Assembly: GCA_965223905.1 (NCBI GenBank)
Contig: CBDCXV010000011.1
Span: 448,001 to 512,000 of the forward strand
Source: Candidatus Latescibacterota bacterium
GTDB lineage: Bacteria; Latescibacterota; UBA2968; UBA8231
Length of the DNA: 64,000 nucleotides
Reading direction: 5' to 3'
The position numbers were made by a program, and so were the translations under genes. The notes below the pieces were generated by a model that was given only the letters and a program-made list of their open reading frames with translations, ran no database searches and had not been told where the DNA came from. Below are positions 60,383 to 64,000 of this stretch, piece after piece (the first letter of the stretch is position 1; each line of letters begins with the position of its first letter).

Positions 60383-61117
60383 TTACCGGGCCGATTCTTC
60401 GGGCCTCGGCACGGCTTGCGTCGTCGTAGCGGGCGACGCGTGGTGGTTCCAACCGCGGAGGACCAGGTTTTCGCTGAATCGATACAGGTCTTCCTTTCGG
60501 TCTTTTCCCGAGAACATCCTTACGAACACCACCTTCCGCGGCCTGTCGGTCTGGTTGGAGACGGAGCCGTGCACGGTGAAGTAGTGGAAGAATACCACGT
60601 CCCCTGGTTGCGCCTGGATCGGCTTGGCCTCCTCGAACGGAAACTGTTGGTGAAAGGCCGCGTCGTTGGCAGACGAAGCTTGGATGCGTCCATGCTTGTG
60701 GGAACCGGGGTAGACTCGCAGGCAGCCCATCGCCTCGGTGGCCTCGCTGACGTGGACCATGGCTCCGATCATGGTGTCGTTGACCGTCGGCAGGTAGCTC
60801 CAATCCTGGTGCATGCGAAAAGGGCCAACGGCTTCGGTGCGCTCCTTCTGAAACAAGGTGGTGTGGTTGAGAACGATGTCCGGCCCGATCAGCTGCTCTA
60901 CCGGATCGAGAAGCCTGCTGTCGAGGATGAGTGACATCCACAGCCCCGAGTACTGGTGCACATTCCGAGAAATGATAATGCCATCCTCGTTGACCGGGTC
61001 GCACTGCAGCACGATGCGATCGAACTCCTCTTCGAGCTTGGCCATCTCGTGCGCCGGAAAGAGGTTTCTCGCCACGCAGTAGCCGTTTTCTGCAAAGAAG
61101 TTTGCCAGAGCCCTCAT
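60383..61117 (-). CDS. PhyH-family Fe(II)/2OG dioxygenase
   Basis: HQD, GCLRVYPGSHK, PGDVVFFH, HGS..N...R. Confidence 0.9.
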   Translation of the reverse strand: MRALANFFAENGYCVARNLFPAHEMAKLEEEFDRIVLQCDPVNEDGIIISRNVHQYSGLWMSLILDSRLLDPVEQLIGPDIVLNHTTLFQKERTEAVGPFRMHQDWSYLPTVNDTMIGAMVHVSEATEAMGCLRVYPGSHKHGRIQASSANDAAFHQQFPFEEAKPIQAQPGDVVFFHYFTVHGSVSNQTDRPRKVVFVRMFSGKDRKEDLYRFSENLVLRGWNHHASPATTTQAVPRPEESAR

Positions 61118-62160
61118 GGATCCTCGGGTCTCTCGCCGGGGTGAACCGCAGTGGCGCTGGCTATGCGCCAGCGCCCTTCGTAATCACAGGCTTCATAGAA
61201 CATTCGGAAGCGACCGCCTGCAAGGTCCGTCACGCAGGGTTCGGAGGCCTTGGCCTTGTCCCATCGGCCTCCGTTGTCGATGCAGATGACCGGATCCTTG
61301 CGCCAGTGCAGTCCATCCGGTGAAAAGGCGCTGAAGATTCTGCCGTGGAACCTGGAACCGGCCGGAACTTCCGGGGCAGACACCCATCCGGCATAGTACA
61401 TCCGGTATCCGCCCCGACCCAGACGCAGGACTTCCGGCGCATAGACCTCGTACGACTCGAGGTCGCCTTCCCGAGTCACGCGGACCCCCGGTTCCAGATC
61501 GAACTCCAGGCCGTCCTCGGATACCGCACTCACGATATTGTGATCGTTGAAGGAACTGGCGTAGAGACGATACCGGGTTCCCCCTGTACCAGGATCTCGG
61601 TCCAGATAGAGGCACCTTGGCGATCCGTATGAGAAGCTCTTGCCTCCGAGTCGAACACCTTCCTCGCGCTCCCAGGCGATACCGTCCTCCGACAGAGCGC
61701 TGACGATGGCGCTCCTGGGTTCACCCCCTGCCTGCTCGGTCCTCCCCTCGAAATACATCCGATACCGGCCATCCGGAAGAGGGACCACATCTGGACTCCA
61801 GACCCAATGCTCCGCCCCCTCGCCGCCGGCATCCACCCTGACCCCCGGTTCTTTTTTCCAGGTCGAGCCGTCGACGGAGAAGGCACTCAGGATATACCCC
61901 TTGGACTCCAGGTTCGGTCGCTCCGGTCCGAAGCCATGGTAGTACATCCGGTAGCCTCCACCCATCTTGACGACGTTGGGAGTGAGGGCTCGATCCGCAT
62001 CAAGTGGACCGTCTGAATCGATCGCCACCTCGGGATCCTTGAGCCATTTGAGCCCAGGGTCCTTCTCTTGGTAATGGACCGATCTTGCCATGGGATCGGA
62101 GGTTTCTGGTTTAATCGGTGCCGCGCACTTGGACGCATCCGAGCATCTCTTTTCGGCCAC
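61114..62160 (-). CDS. Beta-propeller glycoside-hydrolase-like protein
   Basis: Repeated P.V...GGYRMYY...SAFS.DG..W..E.GV blades. Confidence 0.7.
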   Translation of the reverse strand: MAEKRCSDASKCAAPIKPETSDPMARSVHYQEKDPGLKWLKDPEVAIDSDGPLDADRALTPNVVKMGGGYRMYYHGFGPERPNLESKGYILSAFSVDGSTWKKEPGVRVDAGGEGAEHWVWSPDVVPLPDGRYRMYFEGRTEQAGGEPRSAIVSALSEDGIAWEREEGVRLGGKSFSYGSPRCLYLDRDPGTGGTRYRLYASSFNDHNIVSAVSEDGLEFDLEPGVRVTREGDLESYEVYAPEVLRLGRGGYRMYYAGWVSAPEVPAGSRFHGRIFSAFSPDGLHWRKDPVICIDNGGRWDKAKASEPCVTDLAGGRFRMFYEACDYEGRWRIASATAVHPGERPEDP

Positions 62161-62397
62161 TTTTTTGCCTTTTGTGTCTGGTGCAATTGCGGATGATGCA
62201 CCGGATTGAATACTTTCCCAGTCCGTTTTTCTACCTGAAACCCATTGGATAGCCGTTTGACATCTACACCAGTTAAAAGACTGCGAACCGAAGTAATTTA
62301 CAACAGCTTACGATCCATTTGCAGGTTTTTTTATGGTTGTGCTTCAGCGATGAGATATATTTCAGCATAACGAAACTTCAGAGAAAAAGGTGCTCTT

Positions 62398-64000
62398 ATG
62401 AAAGCTTGGAACAGGTGTATTTCGATGCTGATCGCAGCGGCCTTCCTTGGAACCGCACCGCTACAGGCGCAAACGACCGGTGCGATCGCCGTCACCGTCG
62501 TCGACAACCCCAGCGGACAGGCCCTTGAAGCGGCCCTGATCTACATCCCGGACCACGACCTGGGAGGATCGTCGGACGAGCAGGGACGCTTCACCCTTCT
62601 CGACGTCCCGGTGGGAGATCATGAAGTGACGGCCGAACTGATCGGCTACTCCCGGGCCACCGCGACCGTAGCCGTGAAAGCCGGCAGGGTAGCCATCGTC
62701 GAGCTGCGCATGGAACCCGCGGCGATTCTCTTCGAAGAGATCGCGGTGACCGGCACCGCCTTCAAGGAGTCCCCCATCAACCTGCCCTACGCGGTGACGA
62801 CGGTGAGCCGGGAAAAGCTCAAGGAGCAGGGCTCGCCCCAGCCCGTCGATTTCTTCAAGAACCTGAGCGCCAGCCATGGCGTCATCGGCGAGCGCAGCAG
62901 TTGGTACAACGCCAACCAGGCCGCTACCCTTTCCGAGAGCATCGCCAACGTCAACCTGCGCGGTCTGGGGGCCTCGCGGACCCTGGTGCTGTTCAACGGC
63001 CGCCGCCAGACCTATGTGCCGGCTCGCCTTATCGGTGGACGCTTCGTCGACGTGAATGCCATCCCTTCCATCGCCTTGGACCGGGTCGAGGTGCTCAAGG
63101 AGGGGGCTGCGGCCATCTATGGGTCGGATGCGGTGGCCGGGGTCGCCAACTTCCTGACCCGCTCCGACTTCACGGGGTTCGAAGTCTCGGCCAACCACGA
63201 GTATCTCGCCGGTGCGGGGGATACCGACGCCGGCGCCATTTGGGGCGGCAAACTCGGCGGTGCCCATGCGGTTGTCGCCGGGGAATGGCGGAAGCGCCGG
63301 GAGCTTCCGTCCACCGAAAGGGACTACCTGCTGCAGCCGTGGCACGGCGGTGGGCAGCGCCTCGGATGGTCGAGCCTGGGCAACCCGGGCACCTTCGCCG
63401 TTGGCGCTCCTGCCCCATGGACGGCCGCCATCCACGCCCCTCTCTGCGAGCAGTTCGGGGGATATCGGGAATCCTGGACCTGCCGCTTCCGCTATCAGCA
63501 GTACGAGAATCTGGTCGAGGAGATGAGCCATATCCGTGCCTTTACCGAAGTCAACGGTGCGCTCGATAATGGCACGGAGTATCACTTCGAGGGTCTGTGG
63601 GCCCAGGCGGATATCCCCAATTGGTACACCACCCCTTCGTACCCGCCCTTCCCACTGACGGACACCAGCATCATGGAGGTCGCCCCCGAGCACCCGGGCA
63701 GGGGGGCCTTCTGCGAGGACTATGGTAGTACTCAGGACAGTGTTAGGGTCGGTGACAGGAACGTCAACTACTACGACGACTGCCAGGGCGGCGAGAACTG
63801 GTATTTCAACGGCCGCCCGTTCGGCAACTCGGGTCCCGGGCGCAATCTTGGCCGCGACTCCAGCACGTGGCGCGTGGCGGCATCCGCTAATGGCGACTTC
63901 ATGTCATTCGGTGGTCGAGAGACCCACTTTGATGTAGGCCTGTCCTATTCCCGCACCGAGGGCAACTACAACCTGCCGGGGGTGTACATCGAGCGGATCT
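62398..64000 (+). CDS. TonB-dependent receptor (5' part; runs off the window)
   Basis: Manual translation: signal peptide, carboxypeptidase-regulatory-like domain, EEIAVTGT TonB box, NLRGLGASRTLVLFNGRR, RVEVLKEGAAAIYGSDAVAGVANF. Confidence 0.92.
   Translation, partial: MKAWNRCISMLIAAAFLGTAPLQAQTTGAIAVTVVDNPSGQALEAALIYIPDHDLGGSSDEQGRFTLLDVPVGDHEVTAELIGYSRATATVAVKAGRVAIVELRMEPAAILFEEIAVTGTAFKESPINLPYAVTTVSREKLKEQGSPQPVDFFKNLSASHGVIGERSSWYNANQAATLSESIANVNLRGLGASRTLVLFNGRRQTYVPARLIGGRFVDVNAIPSIALDRVEVLKEGAAAIYGSDAVAGVANFLTRSDFTGFEVSANHEYLAGAGDTDAGAIWGGKLGGAHAVVAGEWRKRRELPSTERDYLLQPWHGGGQRLGWSSLGNPGTFAVGAPAPWTAAIHAPLCEQFGGYRESWTCRFRYQQYENLVEEMSHIRAFTEVNGALDNGTEYHFEGLWAQADIPNWYTTPSYPPFPLTDTSIMEVAPEHPGRGAFCEDYGSTQDSVRVGDRNVNYYDDCQGGENWYFNGRPFGNSGPGRNLGRDSSTWRVAASANGDFMSFGGRETHFDVGLSYSRTEGNYNLPGVYIERI

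Noticed and set aside
62160-62397. Cobalamin/TPP riboswitch or Fur box before the TonB receptor
   Set aside because: No conserved aptamer or GATAATGAT-type motif seen

Overview
GC-rich bacterial chromosomal window from a diderm organism (lgt, lnt, MCE system, TonB receptor); the taxon cannot be assigned from this sequence alone. 1-30.8 kb (very GC-rich): partial hrcA, rpiA, ilvD, a thrC-like gene, and a lipid locus. In that locus a four-domain FAR-adenylation-ACP-acyltransferase enzyme (ElbD-like) is translationally coupled to lgt and a flavin oxidoreductase, and lies divergent from a DAG-kinase gene and an MCE/PqiC/putative beta-barrel/MlaE/MlaF operon. It is followed by folA, aspC, iscS and three frameshifted genes. 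30.9-37.9 kb: a mobile-element pile-up around rpsT, with IS1380, an IS481 remnant, a palindromic IS630-type MITE inside rpsT, a group II intron 3' remnant, and an IS3 element carrying two nested IS630s. 37.9-64 kb (lower GC in its first part): cysM-mec-cysO-cysK, aspS, a lipoprotein/LysM pair, phoH-7TM/HD-ybeY-corC, initiator tRNA-Met, a sigma-4-only ORF, an Lnt-lipase fusion, sugar-acid/oxidoreductase genes and a partial TonB-dependent receptor. Best candidates for new biology: the ElbD-like/lgt/MCE locus, the Lnt-alpha/beta-hydrolase fusion, and the structured 162-bp MITE that rewrote the C-terminus of ribosomal protein S20. All calls are from manual reading of motifs; no database search was run.
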